Source: Lama guanicoe (taxonomy: Eukaryota). From it: a stretch of DNA of 64,000 bases. The stretch lies in assembly GCA_013239625.1 (NCBI GenBank), contig MU053504.1, positions 1,992,607 through 2,056,606 on the forward strand. The letters are read 5' to 3'. A program made the translations under genes and the position numbers. The notes beneath the pieces were generated by a model. It saw only the letters and a program-made list of their open reading frames with translations, searched no databases and was not told the DNA's origin. This document shows positions 13,473-25,425 of the stretch, one piece after another; position 1 is the stretch's first letter; the number at the start of each line of letters is the position of its first letter.

Positions 13473-15074
13473 GTCAATAGTCAAGGGTCTTAACAGTTTT
13501 CCCAAATCCTCTCAATGCTATTCAGAGTATTTTGAAGGTTTTAAATCTTTATACTTCATTCCTCTTCAGTTGATAATTATGCCAAGAAGACTCCGTTTGT
13601 CTTTGTGGTTTTGTGTGATTAGTTCTCCAATAGCAAAATCTCATCTTTTGCACGATTGATTTTGCAGTGGTTTGCATTGTTTGACAGTCTGTAAGAGGGG
13701 ACAGTGGGGACAATTCATGCTTGTTGTCCCAGTGTACTTTTTGATAGTACTCTCCTTCACTCTCAGAAGTTTGGACAATAAATTCACCACCCTGTCAATC
13801 AAAGATAAATCAACAAAGACTGACACAGTGAATAGCATGTGAAGAAGGAATAGATGTTTTTAAGCGGCTGGTCCATTCATAAACATTTTCATGTTACGAC
13901 TCTTGCTTTCCTGTGAAACCTTGTAACTTTGGAAACTTAGATGATAAACATTCAATAAAAGAAGACCACTTTTAGAGTAATGTGAGTCATGGGTACCAGC
14001 CACACTGGCAGCTAGTTTATAGTGGTTCTTAATGATTTTAAGTTGGACGTGAATGTGGTGTGGCCCTGCTTTAGCAAGAAGTCAGGCTAATGATTGGAAT
14101 CCCAGTGCTGGGGGAGCTGCCTGAGGAGTGGTATGTGGCAAAGGGCACATGGAAACCTGCTGCATCCTCAGAAGGTGCCTTTAGCATCCAAACTTTTTGG
14201 CACCCTACGATGAGTTAAATCATCTCTTGAATTTCTTTAAGTTGAAACACTGAGGACATACTAATGTTTTAAGAGAAAAATCTAAACAGAATTGAATGCG
14301 CTAGACTCTGTTTCCTTCTCCTTTATGTGTTATAACCTGGATTCTTCATTCCTCAAGACTGAGTAACCTTGTTTATGTAATTGTTTTTTTCTCCAGTCTT
14401 ATTAAAAACTTTTATGTGAGGACTATAGCCACATTGTGCAGTTTTCCTTCCCTCAAGGAGCATTCTTATTTAGGATTGGTTACTGTAATAAATGAAGAAA
14501 AGGAAAAACAAAGAATGTGGTTTCTCCTTGTTTATATGAAATCTATGTATCTTTGTATTTCTGATTATAAATGGTGGCTAGAGGGAGGCCACAAAAACTT
14601 CAGATTCTGTGCCCCGTAATATTCTGTGGCCTGAACAGGCAGTACTGGAACTTGACTTATTTATAAAATGTCAAGAAGAAAATAAAACCATCAAAAAGGA
14701 AAGCATTGGAAACTTCTCTTCTGCCTCAGTGAGTCTAGCTATAAAGAGAGCAGGCATTGAATTGTGACCGTGCTGGGGCCGAGGCTGCAGCGCTTCCCTT
14801 GCATTGCTGTAGGAGGGGTGTTGACAAGGGCAGGTGAGGGGGTTTGGGGGGCATTGGGAGGAGAAGATGCTAATCATTTACTTCTGTGATTCTTGTCATA
14901 CTTACTGTCCTCACTTGATTAATTATCATCTTATTCAGTAGAATTGTTTCATTTATAATACCATTATCTCTTCAAAGAGGTCTGTGGTCCCTTAAAAAAA
15001 AAAGCAGAGAACACACCATAACATCTGGCCACTACTGTGTGTATCCCAAGATAGTAAGGACACAGTTATCATAC

Positions 15075-15245
15075 TTAGTAATAAATCCTAAGGTGCACAT
15101 TTTTCATATTCTAATATCTCTGAAATCATGATACATTTTACAATTTTAAAAGCATTGTGTCGTAGTTTAATTGGCAGTGTTTTTCTTAATAATACATAAA
15201 ATAATGCCTTTTCTAGTGGTATCTTAGATTTGATGAACATACATT
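15075..15245. mobile_element. MER104-like (TcMar-Tc2) MITE
   Basis: ctaaggtgcacatttttcatattctaatatctctgaaatc...atcttagatttgatgaacatac. Confidence 0.6.
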
Positions 15246-15865
15246 AAGGATTTTTTTTAATATTCTTGATATAAAGACTATTAACTGTATAATAAAGTTA
15301 TTTTAAGTTCCTACTGGTGTTATATTGTCAGAAGATATTCAACATAGTAAAATTTGGGATATGGTTTTTTTAAAAAAGGACATTGCCTTGAAGTGAGTAC
15401 ACACTGAGCACGTTAAGTGTCAGAGCGATGAAAGGGCGCAAAAGGAGGCTGCCCACCTCACAGTAGATCTAAGAATTGGAATTTGAAGCAAATGAGGAGA
15501 GCATTTTGTCTTGACAAGGGCACAAGGATGCAGCAAGTAAACTGACTTGCTTGTCATTGGGGTTTTCATGTAGGGAATCTGAGACATCTTCCAGGTCAGA
15601 CTGAAAGAACCAAGATCTGTGAGATCTGATGTCATGAGCAGAGGGGCCGTAGGACTTTGTGTGGAGTCTTAGAACATCACTTCTGGGTTGGCAGTTAAGT
15701 AAGAAAAACTAAGGGGATGAGGCACTTTTCTTCAGGTGAAAAAAATTTCATTACTCTCTTCCTGAAGTTGTAATGTCTTTCTGCCTCCCTCTTGAACCAA
15801 GAAGACTGAGTTGATGGCGCTGTCTTGTAACCTACCTAATCATACTGCCTGTTTTTCTGTCACAG

Positions 15866-15927
15866 ATTGCCTTCTCCCAGCACAGCAATTTTATGGACCT
15901 GGTACAGTTCTTCGTGACTTTCTTCAG
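15866..15927 (+). CDS. ATRN: Attractin exon ~25 (start of transmembrane segment)
   Basis: cacag|ATTGCC...TTCAG|gtaatt; IAFSQHSNFMDLVQFFVTFF(S); 62 bp. Confidence 0.96.
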
Positions 15928-16689
15928 GTAATTCCACTTATACAAACACATCTATTCTTTTGACTCAAGCACTTAATTTCATTAATTATCAGCTCATGAG
16001 AGATGAATGACTAATCCTGTGTGTTTGCACAGCAGATCAAACCAACTTTATATTCCTGAAAAATTGCATGTCAGTTGTAGTGTAAATTCAACCTAATCTG
16101 ATAAAGTGAAGACATTTGCTTTGTGTTTTGGCCTTTTGAGGCAGCTTTTTATGTACCCCATACTAACATGTAGATAATTTGGCTCTTCATTTGGGAAGGA
16201 TTTGGGGTTGAAATAATACATAATTAACAATAATTATTGGTGTTACAGATATGCTCCTTCTTGTTCAAGAGATGACTCAGGTGATTATCCAGAGTTTTAA
16301 AACTAAAAGGGATTTGTTAGGCCCTGGGATTCTTTTGTTTAGATAGTTTTTTTTTTTCAAGCTTAATTTTATTTTCAAGAAAATACTATATACACATAGA
16401 AAAAGACAAGTGGTACAGTGCTTATGAGAGAAAGCAGCAGCATCCTGTCCTACAGCTTCCCATCCTCACTTCCCCTTTGATTTTTCAATTCAGTTATCTT
16501 CTGATGTCCTGTTGTGGAAAATGAGGATTTATTATCTTACATTACGTCACCCAGCAACTCCCTACACCATAAACACATATATAGTTTCCTTCCTCCCACT
16601 TATGTAATATAGTCACACCATAGTGCTTGGCTAAATCAGTAATCCCTATTTATGTTTTTATGGCTATAGAAACTCCTATTAACTCAGTC

Positions 16690-17340
16690 TTCTAGAAAAT
16701 AGAAAAAGAAGAAATACTCTCCAGTTCATTTTATGAACTTATACAACCTGACAAGAATAGTATGAAAATGGAATTTACAAGCTAGTCTCACTCATATATG
16801 AGAAAGCTAAAATCCACCAATAACGTAAAAAGACTGCTAGATCCTAATCCAGTCAGGTTTATTCCAAGAATTGCAAGGTTGATTTAGCATCAGAAAATCA
16901 GTCAGTGCAATTCACATTAATTGCATAAAGGGGGAGAATAATACCGTCTTAATGGGGGAGGTCATTTGATAAAATTTAGTATCACTAATTTTAAAAACTT
17001 AAGAAACTTCTTGAAATCTGATAAAGGAATAATATATAAAGCCAACAGCAAACCACATTCTTAATGGTAAAATGTTGGGAGCTTTCCCTTTAAGTTTGGA
17101 AAAAAGTAAAGATGCCACTATCACTTACTTCATTCAACATTGTGATAGAAGTTCTAGCCAATATAATAAGACAGGAAAAATAAATTAAATATATAAGAAT
17201 TAGAAAAGAAAAAATCATCACAACATTATTGAATTCATAGAAATTCAAAAGAATCTGCAGATAAAGTATTAGAATTAAATGACTTCAACAAAGTTGCTGG
17301 ACTCAAGGGCAATATTAAAAACTCAGTTCTTTGCTGTTCA
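16690..17340 (+). mobile_element. Old L1 ORF2 (RT region) fragment
   Basis: atactctccagttcattttatga...gtttattccaagaattgcaagg...ttcaacattgtgatagaagttctagcc. Confidence 0.75.
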
Positions 17341-17959
17341 GAGACATGTCTTTTACAGTTCTTATCAGTGAAGGCAGATGCTGGCATAAAAACCATAACA
17401 ATTGTATTTCCCATAGAAAGCAAACAGGTGCCCTCCTCCCCTCTGTACCATGAAAGGAAAAATCCCTTCCTGAGTGATGCTGGGGAGTTGATGGCCTCGT
17501 GTCAAGATTCAAGCACATCCTTCGGGCCGCTTCTGCCTGCTGTAAGCTGATGAGGTTGCAAAAGAGAGCTGTCAGATTACCAAGTTGCCCTTTTCTATAT
17601 AAAGTTCAGTTACTTTTATTTATTTATTTTTTTACTTTGGTTACCTAATGCATTTTATCGTCCAGAGTGTGAGAGACCCAGCATCCTACACAGCCTTTAA
17701 TTAGTTTCTGGATGTATTCCTCCATCCTTGGAGGGAGATAAAAGAATCAAATAAAGACATTCAGTATTTCTAAGGGGAGCATTTTTGTTAAGCTACAGTG
17801 ATCAACATGGCACTGGAACAAAACCAGATTGACCAGTGGAACATAATACATAGCCAAAGAAACAGATAAAGTTTAAAAGGTCCAGATTTGTCTTAAGTGA
17901 TGAAAAGTAAATGAAGATGAAAAATAGTAGCAAACAAGAACTAAAAGATCAGCATATAC

Positions 17960-18605
17960 TTTATAGCCACTTGTCACATGTACAGCATGATTACTTGAAG
18001 TGTAGCTAATATGACTTAGAAATTGAATTTTTCATTTTATTTAATTTTAACTAAATCTGATTTTGAAACTGATATTCAGTTCAATTATCAGAAGACTCTT
18101 AAGTATATTTAGAACAGCCTGGATATGTGAATCTACTTTTTCAAATGTGAATTTTATGAAATCAAAATACAAGTTAAATATTTTCTGGTTGAAATTTAGT
18201 GTTCAATTTGAGACTTGCTTTTAAGTATAACATACACATTGGATTTTGAAGGCTTAGTAGAAAATAACAATGTATATATCTTGATAATTTTTATATTGGT
18301 CACGTGTTCAAATGATGTTTTGGCTCTCTTGGTTTGATAAAAATGTTTTATTGAAATTAATTTCACCTAGGTGATCATTTCACAATACATGTAAATCAAA
18401 CCATCATGCTGTACGCCTAAAACTTATACAGTGTTGTATGTCAATTATTTCCCAATAAAACTGGAAAAAAGCAGAAATAAAAAATAAAAATAAATAAAAA
18501 ATAAAATTAATTTCACCTATTTATTTTTACTTTTTAATGCAGCTACTGGAACATTTAAAATTATATATGTGGCTCACATTAAATTTCTGCTGGACAATGA
18601 TGGAT
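17960..18605. mobile_element. hAT-Charlie element (MER33/MER3-like) carrying an L1 tip
   Basis: atagccacttgtcacatgt...atgtggctcacattaaatttctgctggaca. Confidence 0.6.
18370..18503 (+). mobile_element. Short L1 3' tip with perfect 16-bp TSD
   Basis: TSD AAATTAATTTCACCTA at 18354-18369 and 18504-18519; AATAAA plus A-rich tail. Confidence 0.85.
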
Positions 18606-20574
18606 GATATAGCTAATGCAAAGGGAAAATTTTTATAGGGACAGTATAAAAAGATACGATGAAACAATGCTAAACTCGTCCAGACATTTTAAAGCAAAAA
18701 CATTAAATCTTCATCAAACTTTCTAAAGTAGAAAATCAGCTTGAAAACAAGAGTTCTTATAAAATACCAAACATAATTTATATTCATATTAAAACTTCAA
18801 ACAATATAAAAAGAAAATAAAAATTCAGATTTACAGTGATCCTAATTACTCTTTGTAAATTACCACTGTTAATATTTCCAGTTTTTTTCTCTGTGTATAT
18901 ATACTGCATGTAAATTGTGGTTTTTCTGACTTTGGTTTATACAATGGGCTACCTCCTTACATGTTGTTCTATAACTTGCTTTTTTACTCAGTGTTCTGTG
19001 GTTAGCTTTTCCCATGTGGAAACTCACCTCAGTTTTTTAAACATCTTTTTCTGTAGTATGAGTACCATATTTTATTTCACCATTTCTCCTATGACTGACT
19101 CTAAGATATCCTCAATTTTTATTGCATGTCTTTGCATTTTTCTGTGAATATCTCTGGGATAATTTTTTATCCTATAATTGCTATATCAAGATGTGAAAAC
19201 ACTATCAAATGGCCCCTCAGAACAGTTGCATGAATTAACACTTCTCCAGCAGGAATGTAATTTCTCTTACGTTTCTGCCGATTTCTCTTTCTACTACTAT
19301 TACTGTCTCTCATTATTTTTAATTTGCTAATCTAGGAGGTATCATTGGTACCTTGTTTTAATTTGGGTTTATGTATAAGTGATATTTACTGATCTGTTAC
19401 ACCTTACAGTCCTTGTTTTGAGTTACTTATTAATATCATTTATTCATATTTCTTTTGAGATGTTTGCCTTTTTCTTAATGATATTTAGAACCTCATTATA
19501 TTTTGTGATTATTAACGTATATTCAGTTGTTTGTGTTTTAACCCCATTTATGATATTTTCTACCAAGCAGATCTGTCAGGTTTTTTCCTGTATTTTCTTC
19601 ATGAGTATTTTGTCTTTTGTTGTTTTTTCATATTTAGGTCTTCCTTTATCCATCTTGAATCTATTTGGATTATAACTTTACTATTTTTCTAAATGGATAG
19701 GCTTCAGAAATTTATCAGTGAATCAAGGAAGGATATTAATCACCTCAACTCCAAAGCCATACCATCCACTAGGCTAGGGATTCACTCTCTATTTATTTTG
19801 GGGTTTTTTTTTCAGAGTATGTCCATCTTAGCTCTTTGGAGCTAAGTGGGCATCACAGGACCTCTGTCCTAATGATGCAATGCCAGCAGTATGGAATGCT
19901 GGAAATTTGATTACATTTCCTCCCATTCACAAGGAAATATCTTCTTTCCACAGAAATGTAGATTTCGAAAGGAAATTGCCCTCTCATGCTACCACAGAAA
20001 AATTAAAATCCCAAAATCTTTTTCCACCCCTCCCAACATTTTTTCATTATGCTAAGTGCTAAGCAGCCTGGATTCACTGACACCAGCCATCTTCCATGGT
20101 CCCTCCAGAGTGAGACCAAAGAATCATTCATATTTTTGCAGATTATAAGTCCCTCCAAGGTAGTTGTCATTCCCTTCCTTTTTGGCCTTGTGAGCAGCAG
20201 GGCCTGGAAGAGTGGTACACTTACCTAGTTCTCCTCTGCATTTGCCTCACAGGTACTTACCTGATCCCACTGGCCTGTCATATTGTTACTCTTCCAGAGC
20301 CCAGCCTGCCTACTCTGTCAAGTCCTCTCCTGGCACATTCACCACACAGTCCACCTCTTCTCGGACTCTGCCCTACTCATGTTTTTATTATAGCACTTAA
20401 TCACCCTTTAATCATTTATTTAACAGTCTGGAGTTTAAGGGAAGCCCATTCATAAACAAACCTGTAATTTGACATGCAGAGATGAACAGAGCCAACTGGA
20501 GGCCTCTCCTACAAGTTTGAAATTGGGTTCTGAGAGCCTGGAATTGATATCTCATGACTCTGAGCCCTACCTGT

Positions 20575-22345
20575 GCCTTAGAACTCACCAGAGAAGCTTA
20601 AAAAGGAAACAACAGCCTGGGCCCTATCCCCAGAGATGCTGATTTAATTGGTCTGGTGTGGGACTGATCATTGTGATTTTTTTTTCCTCTTTACATTTAT
20701 CTATTTATTTATTTTTAATTTACAATGTTGTATTAGTTTCTGCTGTACAGCATAGTGATTCAGTTATACAATGTATTTACATGTTCTTTTTCATTACAAG
20801 TTTCTACAAGCCATTGAGTATAGTTTTCTGTACTATACAGTAGGACCTTGTTTATCTGTTATGTACATAGTAGCTTGTATCAGCCAATCCCAGATTCTGA
20901 ATATATCCATCCTTCCCTCTTTTACCCCCAGAAACCATAAGTTTGCTTTCTATGAGTCTCTTTCTGTTTTGTAAATAAGCTCTTTGGGTCACTTTTTTTT
21001 AGGTTCCACATATAAATAATACCATATGATGTTTGTCTTTCTCTGACTGACTGACCTCACTTGGTATGATAAACTCTGGGTCCATCTATGTTGCTGTAAA
21101 CGACATTATTACATTCCTTTTTATGGCTAAGTAGTGTTCCATTGTATATATACAGCACATTTTCTTTATCCATTCGTCTGTCAGTGGACATTTAGATTGC
21201 TTCAATGTCTTGGCTATTTAAAAAGTGCTGCTGTGAACATTGGGATTCATGTTTCCTTTCGAATGAGAGTTTTCTCCAAATATATGCCCAGAAGTAGGAC
21301 TGCTAGATCATATGATAACTCTGTTTTTAGTTTTTTAAGAAACCTCCTCAGCATTCTCCATAGTGGCTGCATCAGTTTACGTTCCCACCCACAGTGTACA
21401 AGGACTCCTTTTCTCCACATCCTCACCAGCATTTATTATTTGTAGACTTTTTGATGAGGCCATTCTGACTGATGTGAAATGATACCTCATTGTAGTTCTG
21501 ATTTGCATTTCTCGAATAATTAGTGATGTTGAGCATCTTTTCATGTGCCTGTTGGCCATCTATTTATCTTCTTTGGATAAATGTTTATTTAGATCTTCTG
21601 CTAATTTTTTGATCGAGTTGTTTGGTTTTTTGACATTGAACTGTGTGAGCTACTTGTGTATTTTGCAGATTAATCCTTTGTTGGTTGCATCACTTGCAGT
21701 ATTTTCTCCCATTCCATAGGTTGTCTTTTTGTTTTGTTTATGGTTTCCTTTGCTGTGCAAAAACTTTTAAGTTTAATTAGGTCTCATTGTTTATTTTTGT
21801 TTTTATTTCCATTACTCTAGGAGACAGATCCCCCAAATACTGCTGTGAATTATGTTAAAGAGTGTTCTGCCTATGTTTTCCTAGAAGTTTTATATTATCT
21901 GGTCTTAAATTTAGGCCTTTAATCTGTTTTGAGTTTATATTTGTATATAGTATTACAAAATGTTCTAATTTCATTCTTTTACATGTAGCTGTCCATTATC
22001 CCAACACCACTTATTGAAGACACTGTCTTTTCTCCATCGTATAGTCTTGCCTCCTTTGTCATAGTTGATTTTTAATCTCATAGCATTGTGATCAGAGAAG
22101 ATGCTTGATGTGATTTCAGTTTTCTTAAGTTTGCCAAGGTATGCTTTGTGGCCCAGCATGTGGTCTATCCTAGAGAAAGTTCCATGTGCGTTTGAGAAGA
22201 ATGTGTGCTCTGCTGCTTTGTGATGGAATGCTCTATAGATCTCAGCTAAGTCCATCTGGTCTACTGTCATTTAAGGCCTGTGTTACTGAGATATTTTAAA
22301 GGCTCTCCAGTGATTCTTATGTTCAAATAGCTTTGAAAAACCCTG
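20575..22345. mobile_element. MER5A-like element split by an L1 insertion
   Basis: gggccctatccccagagatgctgatttaattggtctgg (to ~20680) resumes as ttttaaaggctctccagtgattct (~22285-22345). Confidence 0.65.
20680..22285 (-). mobile_element. Cetartiodactyl-type L1 with internal ORF2 deletion
   Basis: 3'UTR and ORF2 C-terminus ([19 protein letters not shown]) joined at ~22062 to endonuclease-domain sequence (HGTFSRIDHML...SDHNAMRLKINY). Confidence 0.9.
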
Positions 22346-22346
22346 A

Positions 22347-23133
22347 GTTACAATAACAACCTACTCAAAAAATGGGCAGAAAACCAAAACAAATATTTCT
22401 CCAATGAAGACATATAAATGGCCAACAGGCACATGAAAAAATGCTCAATATTGCTAACTATCAGAGAAATGCAACTGCAATGAGTAACCACTATATATAA
22501 AATAGATTTGAAAAACCAGATTTCTTCTGTGTAGCACCGGGAACTATATTCAATATCTTGTAGTAACCTATAATGAAAAAGAATATGGAAACAAATATAT
22601 GTATATATATGTATGACTGAAACATTATGCAGTACACCAGAAATTGACACCTTATAACTGACTATATTTCAATTAAAAAAAAAACTTGCAATGAGGTATC
22701 ATCTCACATCTCACTCAGAATAGCTAACATTAAAAAGTCCACAAATGATAGATGCTGGAAAGGGTGTGGAGAAAAGGGAACCCTCCTACACTGTTGATGA
22801 GAATGTAATTTGATGCAGCCACTATGGAAAACAGTATGGAGATTCCTTAAAAACTAAAAATAGACTTACCATTACATTTAACATAAAGACATAGCATTTA
22901 GAGTTAAGGAATATTTGACAAAATATGCTATTTAGAAATTTGAATTAACCACTATCAGTTTATGAAAATAGACTTACCATATGATCCAGCAGTCCCACTC
23001 CTGGGCGTGTATCCAGAGGGAACTCTAATTCAAAAAGATACATGCACCCCAGTGTTCATAGCAGCCCTATTTACAATAGCGAAGACATGGAAGCAACCTA
23101 AATATCCATCGACAGATGACTGGATAAATAAGT
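22347..23133 (+). mobile_element. L1 ORF2 C-terminal fragment with two nested insertions (L1 tip 22485-22682; orphan 22873-22964)
   Basis: [15 protein letters not shown] peptide; duplications TGCAATGAG and AAAATAGACTTACCAT. Confidence 0.85.
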
Positions 23134-23154
23134 TCCTTCCTTCCTCGTTACTTT

Positions 23155-23460
23155 TCATTTTTAGAGACTTTGTTTAAAGCAGTTCTAGGTTCACAACAAA
23201 ATTGAGGGGAAGTTACAGAAATTTCCTGCCTCCGCACATGCATAGCCTCCCCTGTTGTTAGCATCACTCACCAGAATTGTACATTTTTTGCTGAGGATGA
23301 AGACGAACCTCGACTAATACATTGTAATCATCCAAAGTCCATAGTTTACCTTAGGGTTCACACCTGGTGTTGCACATTGTGTGGGGTTTGGGCAAATGTA
23401 TGACAACATATCCATCATCATAATACACAGAATGTTTTGACTACCCTAAAAGTCCTCTGC
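23155..23460 (-). mobile_element. L1MC-like 3' end
   Basis: agcagttctaggttcacaacaaaattgag...ccaaagtccatagtttac. Confidence 0.7.
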
Positions 23461-24334
23461 TGGAGCCCCTTTTTCACTTTTCAGCTCTCTCTAACCTGGC
23501 TTCCATCCCCATACCCCATCTAATTTATTTTTGTTGAGGACGACTAAAATATAGCTGTTGCCAAATCCAAAACTTACTTTTCAGTTCTTATGTTTTTGGT
23601 TTCTCAACAATATCAACCAACTGATCATCCCATCAGTGAGACTCCTCTTGCCTTTTGTGACCCCATACTGCCCTGAGACTGCTCTTTCTTGGCCTTCCTT
23701 GCACTGTCTTTTCTATTCAACGTGTCACTGTTAGTATTCTCCCAGAACTTGACCCTGGCTCTCTTTTCACTCGTGTTCCCTGGTTGAATTCTTCCATCCC
23801 CATCTGCAGCATAACATGCCCAGAAATGAACTTGTTGATCCTTCCTCGCCAGTCTTCCCCATATCACTGACTGGCAATATCATGCTGCCAGTTCAAAGTC
23901 ACGCCTCTCCCTTTGACACCCGGCAGGCACCCTCACCACATCCCAGCAGTTCTAGTTGTCAAACCTATCAGTCTGCTCTGCCTCCACTCCCTATCCTGAC
24001 CCTAACCATTCCAGTCTCGTCAGGACAATTTCAATTGATTGTGGCTTCTCTGCAGCCCACAAAAAGTCCAAAGGAGACCTTTAAAAGTCATGAGTTAGTA
24101 TCTTAACTGCTTCTGTCATATCCCGTGGCTCTGCATTGTATCTTAAATATAAACCAGGGTCCTCTGTTCACCTCTCCACCTTCACCTTGCGCTACCTTCC
24201 TCTGTGTTCCCATTTCATGAGTCTCCTTCTGTTTCTTCCAAAGCACCGAGCTGCTTCCCACCTTCCATCATTTGTACATACTTTTCCTCCTTTCTGGAAC
24301 GCTCTTCCCCCTACCCTTCATCTGTATACTTTTA

Positions 24335-25425
24335 CAGATGAAGTAAAAATTTTTGCTTGTTTTTTCCAAACAAAGATCAATTCTCTGACATCAACTGGCT
24401 GTTGTACAGTTCAGTTCAGTTCTGACACTAACCACTTGGAATTAGTGCCCACTGTACAGTTAAGGGCTCAGTCCAGCAGACTGCTCCCACTTCCGACGTG
24501 AGCCACAGGTGAGTCCGCAGGCTGCCCGCACTTCTGCCTGGCAAACCACGAGTTTAGAAGTTCCCAATGACCACCTCCCCTCAGATTCAACAGTTCGCTA
24601 GAATGACTTGCAGAACTCAGGCAAGCACTATACATTTAATTACAGGTTTACTATATAGAATACAACTCAGGAACAGCCCAGTGGAAGAGATGCTTAGGGC
24701 AAAGTTTGGGGGCACAAGGGCGAGCTTGGAGCTTCCATGCTCTTTCTGGGCACCGCACACTCCCAGCACATCAACGTGTTCACCAGCCCCGAAGCCCGCC
24801 AAGCCTCATCATTCCTCGTGTTTCCAAGGTTTCATTGAATAGGCATAATTGGTGAAATCGCTGGTCTTTGGTGATTGAACTCAGTCTCCAGCCCCTCCCT
24901 CCTCCCAGCAGAGAGATGCACTGGGGAACTGAATGATCTAACCCCCCTAATCACTTGATTGGTTTTTCTGGTGGCCAGTCCCTGTCCTGAAGCTGTTTAG
25001 GTCCTTCCCTCCCAAGAGGGAAAGAAAGACACTCCTGAATTACATCTCCATAAACCTGTTATAAAAATTAGGTAACTCAGACTCAGAGACCGTATCATTT
25101 TTTTAAACTCTTCTGTAGTGTATAAATTTGTGCAAATAACTAGTAAACATATATTTGAAAGATTTTTTAATCAAAATTTTAAAAGTAGTTTTTTCCTTCT
25201 TAATGCTGAGAAATAATCTGTGTGAAGATAAACCAGTCTTTTCACATCATGATGGACATTTGGATTGTCTCCAGTTTTTGACTATTACAAGTAAAGCTCT
25301 TATAACCATTTGTGCAAAAAGATGGGAGAGAACACTCCTATCATGCAGGGGATTTCAAGGGTTTTAAGAACTCTGCCAGGAACTCAGGATCAAGACCATA
25401 TATTTGTTTCTTACTATATCACACT
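24335..25425. mobile_element. MER21-like ERVL LTR inserted within L2 remnants
   Basis: ttctgacactaaccacttggaattag...cagttaagggctcagtccagcagactgc. Confidence 0.65.
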
